Assembly: GCA_965248435.1 (NCBI GenBank)
Contig: OZ252100.1
Location: forward strand, 5,056,001 to 5,120,000
Length of the DNA: 64,000 nt
Source of the DNA: Candidatus Latescibacterota bacterium
GTDB taxonomy: Bacteria; Latescibacterota; UBA2968; GCA-2709665
Direction: 5' to 3'
The notes beneath the pieces were generated by a model. It had not been told where the DNA came from. It ran no database searches and was given only the letters and a program-made list of their open reading frames with translations. Of the stretch, positions 27,773-37,152 are shown in pieces (position 1 is the stretch's first letter; every line of letters starts with the position of its first letter). A program made the translations under genes and the position numbers.

Positions 27773-28426
27773 ATGAAACGCATCGTTCTACTGTTGGTCG
27801 TCGGCTGTGCTGTTCTGGGGGTGGTGTCAGTCTGGGCAGCCAGGGTCCAACAACCGGAAGCCCCCAATGCCCACCCCTCCAAGATATACGGGTATATCTC
27901 GCTAAGGGATCCGTCGACACGCCAGCTTCACTTCACGGCAAACCCTTCGAATGTCATCCCGACAGGCGTATCGGTAGTTTTTCGCTCTGTGGACGGCGTG
28001 GAGCAATCTGTGGCCCTCACGCTCGGGGAAATCACAACGACGGACGTCGGACAGGGTCAGTATCGTGAACAGCAAGCGGAGGAAACCCCAATCCTTTTTC
28101 GCTTTGTCAACAGCGACGGAAGCGCACTTGATCATCATCACAACCCCCGAGATGTTCCGGATGATGCCGTGGCCATCCTTTATGAAATCACCTTGGAGCA
28201 GGGTCGAGATTTTGGTGCCCCTGTATCCTCACAAGAGGCGACGACGAGGGCGAGGAGTGATGAGCAGCAGAACACCTATCCGCCAGTTATTCAGTATAAT
28301 CCGGAGCAATGGAGTTACGAGCGTGTAGAAATCGGACAGCTGGAGTGGATGACCCCGACCGGCGCGGTGGCCGTGCCGGTATCGAAGCGATCGAACCCGT
28401 ATCACCAATTCGGCGAACCTCGATAA
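27773..28426 (+). CDS. Secreted hypothetical protein
   Basis: AGGAGG RBS; signal peptide MKRIVLLLVVGCAVLGVVSVWA; followed by a terminator. Confidence 0.7.
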   Translation: MKRIVLLLVVGCAVLGVVSVWAARVQQPEAPNAHPSKIYGYISLRDPSTRQLHFTANPSNVIPTGVSVVFRSVDGVEQSVALTLGEITTTDVGQGQYREQQAEETPILFRFVNSDGSALDHHHNPRDVPDDAVAILYEITLEQGRDFGAPVSSQEATTRARSDEQQNTYPPVIQYNPEQWSYERVEIGQLEWMTPTGAVAVPVSKRSNPYHQFGEPR

Positions 28427-28449
28427 TCAGAAATGACCAAGTGCCTGCG

Positions 28450-28483
28450 AAAGGCCCTCGGAGGGAGACCTCCGGGGGCCTTT
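28450..28483 (+). terminator. Intrinsic terminator-like hairpin
   Basis: aaaggccctcggagg-gaga-cctccgggggccttt. Confidence 0.7.
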
Positions 28484-28584
28484 CGTATTGCGGATTCAAA
28501 AACCGGGTACCGGGAAAGCAAAACACGGGCTAAAGTCCGTTGATCGCGAATCGTCGTTCGTTGATCGCATCTACCGCGCACCGC

Positions 28585-28747
28585 TTTGTCATTCCGAGCG
28601 CCAGCGAGGAATCTCAACAGGCCACGCAGCAGCTGTTACTTCAAGAAATGATTCAGTGAATTCCTCCCTCTTGAGATCCCTCGTCGCCTGATTGCTCTGA
28701 GGTACGGAACCGTCGTATTGATTTGCAGGGCTCCTCGGGATGACAAA
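28585..28747. mobile_element. MITE-like palindromic element (TGTCATT/C...ATGACA)
   Basis: Terminal IRs TTTGTCATTCCGAG / CTCGGGATGACAAA (13/14 match); internal IR CGAGGAATCTCAA / TTGAGATCCCTCG. Confidence 0.7.
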
Positions 28748-28917
28748 TCTGGCTGTAGTACAGGTGATGCATTGTTAACCCCGTGGATCCCAAGATCTGC
28801 CTCCTGATAGATACCGTGAAAGGTATCGCGCTGATTGACCAAGTGATTTCAATAACTTATATTGAGCTGTGTGATCTACAACATGGTCTTAAAACGATGT
28901 AAAGAAAGGAGCCGTCG

Positions 28918-29301
28918 ATGGCGTTGTTTCTGCATACCCGAATCCGGGTGAGCGATATGGACCGCTCGATCAAATTCTACGAAGGCCTGGGCTTCAGGGT
29001 CAAGAGCGGGCCCAACACCTCACCGGCGGGAAATACGATCATCCATCTGGAGATGCCGGGGAACGAGCATACCCTGGAGCTGACCCATTCGCCCGATTAC
29101 GAAGTAAAAGTACCCGAGGACCTGATGCACATCGCGATCGGGGTCAAGGATATCATCGCCACCTGCGACGAGCTGGAGAAGAAGGGGATCGAGATCTGGC
29201 CCGATGGGTGGCGGGAGAAGTTCGAGTCCGGACGGAAGATGGCCTTCATCGACGACCCCGACGGGTATGAGATCGAGTATCTCGAGCGCGAGGGTGGCTG
29301 A
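28918..29301 (+). CDS. VOC/glyoxalase family protein (lactoylglutathione lyase-like)
   Basis: HTRIRVSDMDRSIKFY, LELT, HIAIGV and FIDDPDGYEIE. Confidence 0.88.
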   Translation: MALFLHTRIRVSDMDRSIKFYEGLGFRVKSGPNTSPAGNTIIHLEMPGNEHTLELTHSPDYEVKVPEDLMHIAIGVKDIIATCDELEKKGIEIWPDGWREKFESGRKMAFIDDPDGYEIEYLEREGG

Positions 29302-29803
29302 CAGCCTGCAATACGCACCCGGTACGGAGCGGCTCAGGTTTCGGGCGGCGACCGGGGAAGACCTGTCTGAGATCGCCGTGATCTTCGAGGCGGTCTGCAG
29401 AGATCCGGAGACCGCGAGCCATTTCGTGCGGCGCATCGGCTCGGCAGACGATTTACTTGATGGATGGCGCGAATCGATCTATCGTATCCTGGTGGCCGAG
29501 GACAGCGATACCCTCACGGGATTCGCGGCCTGGCGGCAGGATGAGGGTGTGGGGGTCGTGGATATCGTGGCTGCGCGGCCCGAATGGCAGGGGCGGGGTG
29601 CGGGTCGGGCGCTGCTGGGTAGGCTGGTCAGAGACCTGCGGGCCGAGGGCCTCCACGTGCTGGAGGCGAGGCTTCCGGAGTCGGGCGACGCCGAGGCCGC
29701 GGGGTTTCGGGAGATCGGTCGCTTACCGAGCCCTTCGGGGAGCACGTGGGTGCACTATCAGAGACGTCTCGTAAAGGAACGAAACCGGGGGGTCGGGCGT
29801 TAG
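29294..29803 (+). CDS. GNAT family N-acetyltransferase
   Basis: ARPEWQGRGAGRALL and GFREIG; GTG start overlapping the VOC stop. Confidence 0.75.
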   Translation: MADSLQYAPGTERLRFRAATGEDLSEIAVIFEAVCRDPETASHFVRRIGSADDLLDGWRESIYRILVAEDSDTLTGFAAWRQDEGVGVVDIVAARPEWQGRGAGRALLGRLVRDLRAEGLHVLEARLPESGDAEAAGFREIGRLPSPSGSTWVHYQRRLVKERNRGVGR

Positions 29804-29851
29804 AGGGGGCAATCCTCATTTGATCGCCCGTCCGGGATCCAAAGAGGAAAT

Positions 29852-30226
29852 ATGGCCAAGATTCTCATCGTAGACGACAATCCAAGCATCCTGCAGCTCC
29901 TGTCTGATTTTTTCGGGAACCTGAAGGGGCATACGGTCTACCTGGCCGGGGACGCGGATGAGGCGATCCGTCTGACGCGCGAGCATCTCCCCGATCTGGC
30001 GCTGTGCGACATCATGATGCCCGGCACCCACGGGGTGGATGCGCTCCTGATGATGAAACAGGTGTCGGCCGACATCAGGGTCATCATGATAACAGCCGTG
30101 GATGACGAAGAGATCGCCCGCGAGGCCATGGCAAGAGGCGCGGTGGATTATGTCACGAAGCCGCTAGACCTGAACTACCTGGATACCCTCGTGACATTTC
30201 AGCTCACTGAACAGGAAGGGGGATGA
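29852..30226 (+). CDS. Single-domain response regulator
   Basis: ILIVDD, CDIMMP, MITA and YVTKP. Confidence 0.9.
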   Translation: MAKILIVDDNPSILQLLSDFFGNLKGHTVYLAGDADEAIRLTREHLPDLALCDIMMPGTHGVDALLMMKQVSADIRVIMITAVDDEEIAREAMARGAVDYVTKPLDLNYLDTLVTFQLTEQEGG

Positions 30227-30906
30227 CTGTGCGTCATCGCAGCGTGACGGGCCGGCCCTGGGACAGGGTGTTGAAGGAATACACGAAGTCCATCTTCTTT
30301 GCGATCTTCCTCGCGGTCTTGATCCGTGCCACATTGGTGCAGGCCTATCACATCCCTTCCGCGTCTATGGAGAATACGCTTCTGGTCGGAGATTATGTCC
30401 TGGGCGACAAGCTCACTTTCGGGACGCAGATCCCGGACCGGCTGCCGTTACTCAACGTGAAGCTCCCCTCCTTCCGAATGCCGGGGTTTCGAGACCCCAG
30501 ACCGGGCGACATCGTCATCTTCGAATTCCCTCACGATCCGTCTCGGGATTTTATCAAAAGGTGCGTCGCGGTTGGGGGTCAAACGATCGAAATCATAAAC
30601 AAGAACGTCTTCGTTGACGGGCAGCGGTTTGCCGACGCCAGCGGTGTCAAACATATCGACCCGGGGAACCCACCGCGGCACCTGTCCAAAAGAGACAACT
30701 ACGGCCCGTTTACGGTGCCCCCGGGGCACATCTTCGTTATGGGAGATAATCGGGACGCCAGTGATGACAGCCGCTTCTGGGGGACGGTTTCGCTCCGGAA
30801 GCTGAAGGCGCATCCTGTACTCATCTACTTTTCCTGGGACCAGAATGCCCCGATCTGGAACCCCTTTAGAAAGATCCGATGGTCGCGGTTGGGTTGGGTG
30901 GGTTAA
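30223..30906 (+). CDS. lepB: Signal peptidase I
   Basis: IPSASMENTLLVGD, FIKRCV and GDNRDASDDSRFWG. Confidence 0.93.
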   Translation: MTVRHRSVTGRPWDRVLKEYTKSIFFAIFLAVLIRATLVQAYHIPSASMENTLLVGDYVLGDKLTFGTQIPDRLPLLNVKLPSFRMPGFRDPRPGDIVIFEFPHDPSRDFIKRCVAVGGQTIEIINKNVFVDGQRFADASGVKHIDPGNPPRHLSKRDNYGPFTVPPGHIFVMGDNRDASDDSRFWGTVSLRKLKAHPVLIYFSWDQNAPIWNPFRKIRWSRLGWVG

Positions 30907-30928
30907 GGGAAAGCGGACTGGAGGAGGA

Positions 30929-31564
30929 ATGAACGTTTTATTTCCTGGATCGATGCGCTGGACGGCTGCCCTGACGTTAGCGGTCTGCGGTTTCTGGGCC
31001 GGTTGTGGACCGATCCCGACCGCACCCGAAGTCGACATCAGTGACACCGGCGGGGAGAGGATCTATGCCAACGACCAATGGGGATTTGAGATTACGATCC
31101 CGGGCAATGACGACTGGGGGTTTACGGCCCAGACCAGTTTTCGACAGCGATTGGCCAATGGACTTCCCAGTGTAGAGGTCGTGATTTCGAAGAATGTGGA
31201 CGCAACCGGAACTGGCGACCGGCCTACGCTGACTTTGAGACCCCGCGCCCTCGCGCTGGGCACGAATGCCGGCATCCTGGCAACCATGCTGGAAGAGGAG
31301 TTCCGTTCGGCCTTTCTGGGCTACTCGCCGCAGCAGAAGCAGAGTCTGAACCTGCCCGCGTCACAACCAGGCGGGGATTCTGTTCGGGCGATAGAATGGG
31401 AGTTCACGTCGAGAATACCTGTCGGGTTTTTCTCCAGGTTCATCGTGACCGCCCTCGTGGATAAGGATCGGCGGGGTTATGTCTTTATCGGTGCCGGCAC
31501 GCCAAATGTCTTCCCCGTGGACGAATACAAACAGATCGCCTCGACACTCCGGTTTACGCGCTGA
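30929..31564 (+). CDS. Hypothetical lipoprotein (possible PsbP-like fold)
   Basis: GGAGGA RBS; WAGC lipobox; YxNxxWGFEITIP..W and C-terminal IASTLRF. Confidence 0.65.
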   Translation: MNVLFPGSMRWTAALTLAVCGFWAGCGPIPTAPEVDISDTGGERIYANDQWGFEITIPGNDDWGFTAQTSFRQRLANGLPSVEVVISKNVDATGTGDRPTLTLRPRALALGTNAGILATMLEEEFRSAFLGYSPQQKQSLNLPASQPGGDSVRAIEWEFTSRIPVGFFSRFIVTALVDKDRRGYVFIGAGTPNVFPVDEYKQIASTLRFTR

Positions 31565-31705
31565 CTGGCACCGGCAAGCCTGCTATTAACGTACTGATTT
31601 ATATAGTCTTATGAATTAGTTGGCCGGCCATGGAAAGACCGATTCAAGAGTGGGTCTTCGAATGCCGATAAAGAGAATGACCAAGCGGTATCACTTGCTT
31701 CGACG

Positions 31706-31747
31706 AGGCCTCTTCGGGTTTCCCCAACCCGGGGGGCCTTTTTTTAT
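31706..31747 (+). terminator. Intrinsic terminator
   Basis: aggcctcttcgggtt-tcccc-aacccggggggcctttttt. Confidence 0.75.
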
Positions 31748-31935
31748 CACGGAGGCTATCGCAGAATCGGCAAAGACACAGAAAGAGTCGAGCGGGGTGC
31801 AAATTACCTGAATTGGCGCTGGATGAGAAGGACCATGGGTGCGCGGAGGGCCACGGAGAAAATCGCGGAAACGTCGTTCGTGGATCGTCGATCGCAGACC
31901 AAATCTCACGGCGGAGACGCCCCGCCGGGGCGTCT

Positions 31936-33537
31936 CTACGGTTTGCACGGTTTCCGAAGGACGACGAGACCTAGCCCCTTACTGTCCAGGGCCTCGCGAA
32001 AGACGGATCGTATCTTTTCCTCAGGATCCTCATCCTCGACCGTCCAGATGGACGATACACCGCAGGCGGTGGCGATGTCGTGGATCCCTATCGTCGGGCC
32101 TCTTCGTCCATCACGTAGAAGCCCTCGGTCGGGCGTCTGCTGTCCGCCCGTCGTGTGTGACCCTCCGTTGTCGAACAGGAGCATCAGGAGGTCTGTCTCG
32201 GTCACCCTGGCCTGCATCAGGGCGTTGACTCCGCCGTGATAGAAGGCGGAATCTCCGAAGGCCGCGACCGCTTTCTGTGCAAAACCCGTACGTTTGACCC
32301 CCGCAGCAACGCTGATCGCGGATCCCATGGAATGTTTGGCGTCGAGGTGGCGCATGCCGGCGACGACGCAGCCTGGATCGGCCGCGATGAAGGGGTTCTG
32401 ACCGAGCGCCTCCGCCTCTTCCCTGAACACCCCTAGAATCTGCTCAAACGGGCAGCCCGCGCACGGATTCTTCCTCTCCGGTTTTTCCTTTTCCCATTCC
32501 GCTTCGGTGTATCGCCTGTCCGGAGAGAACCCCGGAAGATAGCTGCCCAGGGTCTCCTGGATGTGCCAGCGAAAGAGCTCCCCCTCCCAGTTGACGTGTC
32601 CCGTGCGCTTGCCCAGGACCTTCGACGTGGCGCCCGCGTCGTAGCCGATCCATTTGATCGCGTCCTCGAGGTACGGCGACACCTCTTCGAGGACCAGCAC
32701 CTCATCACAGCCCTTCAGGAATCGAGCGATGAGGTCCTTCGGAAGCGGGTAGAGCGCGCCGAGCTTGAGCCAGCAGATCTCCGATAGATCCGCTCCGGAG
32801 ACGGCGTCCAGAAATTTGGTGTGGGCGAATCCGCCGGTCAAGACGCCCCGGGTGCCGGAACCTGAGATCTCGTTGAACGGGAGGTCCCCGAATCGCTCCT
32901 CCGCGATCTCGAGGGCCCTATGGCGCCTGCGGTCATTCTCCACCGTGTTGATCGCCGTGGAGATCCAGCGCATCGGCTCCCGATCTATCGGACGCGCCGG
33001 CCGCTCTGCCGGGGCCTCGATTTCGGGCAGATCCTCGACCCGCTGCGTGAAACCCCGGGTCACCCGAACGATGACGAGGGTGCCGAGATCCTCGGAAAGA
33101 TCGAAGGCGAACCGCATCATCCGGCGTCCCTCGTCCGGGGTCGCCGGTTCGAGGATAGACACTTCCGCCAACGGGCCCTGGAGACGAGAATCCTGCTCGT
33201 TCTGAGAGCCCCAGGCGCCCGGATCATCCCCGATCATGACGACCAACCCGGGCGCTCCCGTCATGTTCAGGGTCATCAGGGTATCCGAGGCGACGTTCAT
33301 TCCGACGCTTTTGATACAGACGAGGACCCTGCGGCCTCCCTGCACCGCCCCCGCGGCCACGTCGAGCGCGACCTTCTCGTTCGTGCACCATTCGGTCTGA
33401 TGGCCATAAACTTCGGCGGTTTCGGTAAGCGTGTTGAACACACCGGTTCCTGGAGAACCCGGATAGCCGGTCACAAGGCTGACGCCCGCTTCAACTGCGC
33501 CCCAGGCAAGGGCGTGATCACCATCAATCTCTGGCAT
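31936..33537 (-). CDS. Indolepyruvate:ferredoxin oxidoreductase alpha-subunit-like TPP enzyme
   Basis: GYPGSP, NEKVA, KSVGMNVA, DDPGAWGSQNEQD, PCAGCP and GDSAFYHGG...DN; no C-terminal ferredoxin domain. Confidence 0.8.
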   Translation of the reverse strand: MPEIDGDHALAWGAVEAGVSLVTGYPGSPGTGVFNTLTETAEVYGHQTEWCTNEKVALDVAAGAVQGGRRVLVCIKSVGMNVASDTLMTLNMTGAPGLVVMIGDDPGAWGSQNEQDSRLQGPLAEVSILEPATPDEGRRMMRFAFDLSEDLGTLVIVRVTRGFTQRVEDLPEIEAPAERPARPIDREPMRWISTAINTVENDRRRHRALEIAEERFGDLPFNEISGSGTRGVLTGGFAHTKFLDAVSGADLSEICWLKLGALYPLPKDLIARFLKGCDEVLVLEEVSPYLEDAIKWIGYDAGATSKVLGKRTGHVNWEGELFRWHIQETLGSYLPGFSPDRRYTEAEWEKEKPERKNPCAGCPFEQILGVFREEAEALGQNPFIAADPGCVVAGMRHLDAKHSMGSAISVAAGVKRTGFAQKAVAAFGDSAFYHGGVNALMQARVTETDLLMLLFDNGGSHTTGGQQTPDRGLLRDGRRGPTIGIHDIATACGVSSIWTVEDEDPEEKIRSVFREALDSKGLGLVVLRKPCKP

Positions 33538-33633
33538 CGTCTCAATCCTTTCTATGCGTCGTTTACGAATCTTTTACGATCGTGATGGTACAGCCCCGTT
33601 CGTGCATTGTCAAGGGGTTGAACCTTCTCTGGC

Positions 33634-35001
33634 CTAGATGAATCCGATCAGGGTCCAGTAGAGCAGGTTGAGGGGCAGCAGGAGAAAGAGGGTGACCAGG
33701 GAGATCAGGGTCATGACGATGACGAACTGACCGAGGCGTACATATCGAAAGCCGTAAGCGACGACGAAGGGCGCGGACTGATAGGGTAAGAAGATCGTAC
33801 CTGCGGCGGTCGCGATGCTGAGCGCGACAGGAAGGGCCGGCAGGCCGGCTCCCTCGGCGAAGTCAAGGATCGCGTGGCTGAGGATTCCGGCCACCGTCGC
33901 GGTGTCCATAAGGAAGTCGAACGGGACGACCATGAAGGTGACCGCGGCCAGTTGGAAAATCGTTTTCCCCCCAAGAAGTTCCAGCCAGCCCGTGGCGAGG
34001 GCGGCCAGATGTGTGTTCAGGCCGGTGCTCTCCATGGCGTAGCCCAGGGAGAAGAAGGCGGCGATGTAGATAAGCATGGGGAAGTTGGCGGTCTTCAGGT
34101 GTTCCGGCTTCAGGGGACCCCAGCCCGGAAGGGTGCAAAGCAGGACCAGGAGGAGGCCGATGTAGGCCGGATGGATGCCGTGAACGGCGTCGGAGGCCCA
34201 GAGGAGGACCCCGAGGACCAGGAGGAAAGCCATCTTCTTTTCACCCGTCGTAAGGGAATCGGAAAAGCCCCGCGAGTCGGGGGAGGGGATGGGCTCCCGG
34301 GGCAGCGGGAAGATGAGACGGATCAAGAGGTAACAGCAGGCGACCCTCAGGAGGCCGAAGACGGGATACATCAGGACGGCCCAACTGCCCCAGTAGATCG
34401 TAGAGCCCCGGGATTCCATAATCCCCAGGATGACCAGATTCGGGACGGAGGCAGTGAGGATCCCGGTGCCTGCGTAATAGGTCGAGCAGACGACGCCAAG
34501 GATCAGGGCGGCACAGACGGGCGATCCTGGCTTCTGATTTGTGGTCTTGATGAGCTGGACGACGATGGGCATCAGGAGAAGGACACGGACGAAGCCCGAA
34601 GGGATCAGGATGGCCATTCCGGCTCCGAGCAGGTGCAGGCCAAGGAGCAACCTGGTGTAGTTGCCCGTGCGGGCAATGACCCACCGCCCTACACGCTCGC
34701 TGAGCGCGGTCTCTTTCAGGCCATGGCTCAAAACCAGACCTGAGAAGACGAGCCAGATCGCCTTCTCGGAGAATGCGGCGAAGGCGCGAGGGAAGGGGAT
34801 CACTTCCAGAAGGGGGAAGAGCAGGAGGACCAGAAGGGAGGTGTATTCGACCGGGACGGGCTCGAAGGTCCAGAAGAAGACCGTAAAGAGCGTAATGCCC
34901 AGGGCGAGGCGGGCCGGCAGGTCGAGGTCGAGCGGAAGGAGCAGCGCGGCAGACACTCCAAGCGTGGCCAGGACGAGGCCGACTGTCTGTTTTAGATGCA
35001 T
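33634..35001 (-). CDS. SLC13/DASS family anion permease
   Basis: Many TM helices; IPSGFVR, LTASVPN and PYQSAP hairpin motifs. Confidence 0.8.
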   Translation of the reverse strand: MHLKQTVGLVLATLGVSAALLLPLDLDLPARLALGITLFTVFFWTFEPVPVEYTSLLVLLLFPLLEVIPFPRAFAAFSEKAIWLVFSGLVLSHGLKETALSERVGRWVIARTGNYTRLLLGLHLLGAGMAILIPSGFVRVLLLMPIVVQLIKTTNQKPGSPVCAALILGVVCSTYYAGTGILTASVPNLVILGIMESRGSTIYWGSWAVLMYPVFGLLRVACCYLLIRLIFPLPREPIPSPDSRGFSDSLTTGEKKMAFLLVLGVLLWASDAVHGIHPAYIGLLLVLLCTLPGWGPLKPEHLKTANFPMLIYIAAFFSLGYAMESTGLNTHLAALATGWLELLGGKTIFQLAAVTFMVVPFDFLMDTATVAGILSHAILDFAEGAGLPALPVALSIATAAGTIFLPYQSAPFVVAYGFRYVRLGQFVIVMTLISLVTLFLLLPLNLLYWTLIGFI

Positions 35002-35198
35002 GGAACCGTCTGGTTTATGAGATAGGGGGAATCAAAGAGGAACAAGATACCTAAGTCCCTTGAAGTTTCCAATCCTTCCCATCATCTTACACGGGAGCAC
35101 CGGACCCTTGACAATCGAAGATGCGAGCGTGATATTCAGAGCCTCGAAACCTTTTTTGCAAGCCGGATTCGGCAGGATTCAAGGACGGAGGACGGAGG

Positions 35199-36200
35199 AT
35201 GAAAGCGGTGCGCTTCCTGGGAGACCGGAACCTGGAAATCGCTGAGTTTCCGGATCCGAGCGCAGGACAGGGCGAAGTCGTCGTCCAGATGAAGGCAGCC
35301 GCGGTCTGCGGCAGCGACCTGCACGGCTACCGGAGCGAGCAGGCCTGGCCGGTTATTCCTGGACACGAACCGTGTGGTGTGGTGGCAGAGACCGGTCCCG
35401 GGGTGACGAGATTCCAGGAAGGGGATCGGGTGATCGTCTACCACATCCAGGGGTGCGGCTTCTGCGGCACGTGCCGAAAAGGGTATCCGATGTATTGCAA
35501 AGAGAAGCAGGGCTACGGCGGGGACCGACACGGATCGGATGCCGACCTTGTCCTTGCGGCGGAACGGAACGTGTTTCTCCTGCCGGACGACATGACGTTC
35601 GCAGAGGGGGCATTTCTTGCGTGCAATGCGGGCACGGCTTACCAGTCGGCCCTGGAGCTTGACCTGACCGGGGAAGATACGGTGGTCATTTACGGGCTGG
35701 GTCCTGTCGGACAGTGTGAGATCGTGGTGGCCAAAGCGTTCGGGGCGAGGGTGATCGCCGTCGACCCCGTGGCCGAACGACGCAGGCTTGCAGAGGCGGT
35801 GGGTGCGGACGAGGTGCTGGACGGCTCGAAGGAGGACGTCGTCGACAGGGTGAAGGCGCTAACCGGCGGGGAAGGCCCCCCAGCGGCCTTCGATTTCACG
35901 GGCGTCCCTCAGGCACGGCAGAACGCGCTCGATTCCGTGTGCCCGTTCGGGCGAGTCGGGCTGATCGGTATGCCCTGGTCGCCCGAGATTTCCTACCGGG
36001 GTCACGGATACATCAAGGTTACGGCGAACTGGATCTTTCCCTCGACTGCCTACGAGGAGATCGTGGCGTTTTTCAGGAGAAACCGACTGCCGTTGGACAG
36101 GATCATCACGGATCGTTACCCGATTTCCGAGGCCGAGCGGGCGTTTGAAGTCTATGACCGGCACGGAACGGTGGGTAAGGTTTTGTTTGAATGGCCGTAG
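35199..36200 (+). CDS. Zinc-dependent medium-chain dehydrogenase
   Basis: CGSDLH, GHE, CGFCGTC...C and GLGPVG. Confidence 0.9.
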   Translation: MKAVRFLGDRNLEIAEFPDPSAGQGEVVVQMKAAAVCGSDLHGYRSEQAWPVIPGHEPCGVVAETGPGVTRFQEGDRVIVYHIQGCGFCGTCRKGYPMYCKEKQGYGGDRHGSDADLVLAAERNVFLLPDDMTFAEGAFLACNAGTAYQSALELDLTGEDTVVIYGLGPVGQCEIVVAKAFGARVIAVDPVAERRRLAEAVGADEVLDGSKEDVVDRVKALTGGEGPPAAFDFTGVPQARQNALDSVCPFGRVGLIGMPWSPEISYRGHGYIKVTANWIFPSTAYEEIVAFFRRNRLPLDRIITDRYPISEAERAFEVYDRHGTVGKVLFEWP

Positions 36201-36254
36201 GTAAGTGATTCGTGGATCGTGAATCGTCGTTCGCAATCCAGACATCGTAGAGGC

Positions 36255-36372
36255 ATGCCCTACAGGTCATTTGGATCGCGAGTAATTGGGTTCGAATAGG
36301 GAACCACGATACCCGCTTTTACGGTACCCGGTACCCGTGTTTTGGTTCCCCGGTACCCGGTTCTTACGATCC
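36255..36372 (-). repeat. Dispersed single copy of the 175-bp-unit family (minus strand)
   Basis: Reverse complement reads gatcgtaagaaccgggtaccggggaaccaaaacacgggtaccgggtaccgtaaaa...tactcgcgatccaaatgacctgtaggg, collinear with the 22504 unit. Confidence 0.85.
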
Positions 36373-36438
36373 ACGCGATCACTAGAAATGGCGCGGTATA
36401 CTTCGGAGTGAAGATCGGAAGATAGGCCAGGAAGAAAC

Positions 36439-37098
36439 TCACTCAACAGGCCGATGGTCCGGAGGCGGCGAGTAGGGCCGCGTGACCTCGACTTCGTACT
36501 CCGAATCTGCGATGAGCCCGGCCCGGTTCATGAGAGACAGAAGACGATTCCTGGCCCGCAGAGCGGGGTCTGGATCACTCAGGCGGGGCGCATTCTGCGG
36601 GCTCAGGGCGAGATGACACAGGAGGAGGGCCTCGCCCAGGTTCAATCGGTCGTGTGCGATGCCGAAGTAGACGCGGGCCGCTTCGGCGAAGCCCTGGATG
36701 GGGCTGCCATTCACGCTGCCCACGAAAGCCCGGTTGAGGCAGAACGCAGCCAGGGTTTTCCTGGAATAGCCGTGTGCGAGGAGTGCAGCGTAGCCGATCC
36801 TCCTTGTGGTCTGTTCGACCTCGCTTCCTTGCTCGACGATCAGCCTGGCGAAGGTCCCGCTTAAGTCGGGGAGACCGAGACGCGGGCTTCCCATCGCCCT
36901 GGCGAAGCCTGGATGATGGAAGGCCTCCAGCGCACGCAAGAGGGGCCCCGCGAAGGCGGAATAGGGGAGGTCGTTCGGGGCGGGCTCCAGCACACGGTCC
37001 AGTTCCTGAGAAAAACTCAACAGGACGAGACCGACGAACAGGGAGAAGATGATCACGAACGCAAGAAGAAATGCGAAACGGGTCGCGTTGTTTCTCAT
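36439..37098 (-). CDS. Degenerate GT51 transglycosylase-domain membrane protein
   Basis: N-terminal TM; YSRKTLxxxxLNRAFVG, GFAEAARVYFG, LNLGEALLL and ARNRLLxxMxxxGLI match the GT51 C-terminal half; EDxxF and GxSTxTQQ are absent. Confidence 0.65.
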   Translation of the reverse strand: MRNNATRFAFLLAFVIIFSLFVGLVLLSFSQELDRVLEPAPNDLPYSAFAGPLLRALEAFHHPGFARAMGSPRLGLPDLSGTFARLIVEQGSEVEQTTRRIGYAALLAHGYSRKTLAAFCLNRAFVGSVNGSPIQGFAEAARVYFGIAHDRLNLGEALLLCHLALSPQNAPRLSDPDPALRARNRLLSLMNRAGLIADSEYEVEVTRPYSPPPDHRPVE

Positions 37099-37152
37099 TA
37101 TTGCTTGGAGTCCCTTTTGGCTTGAACCTTCTCAGTCAGGGATCATTGGCCG

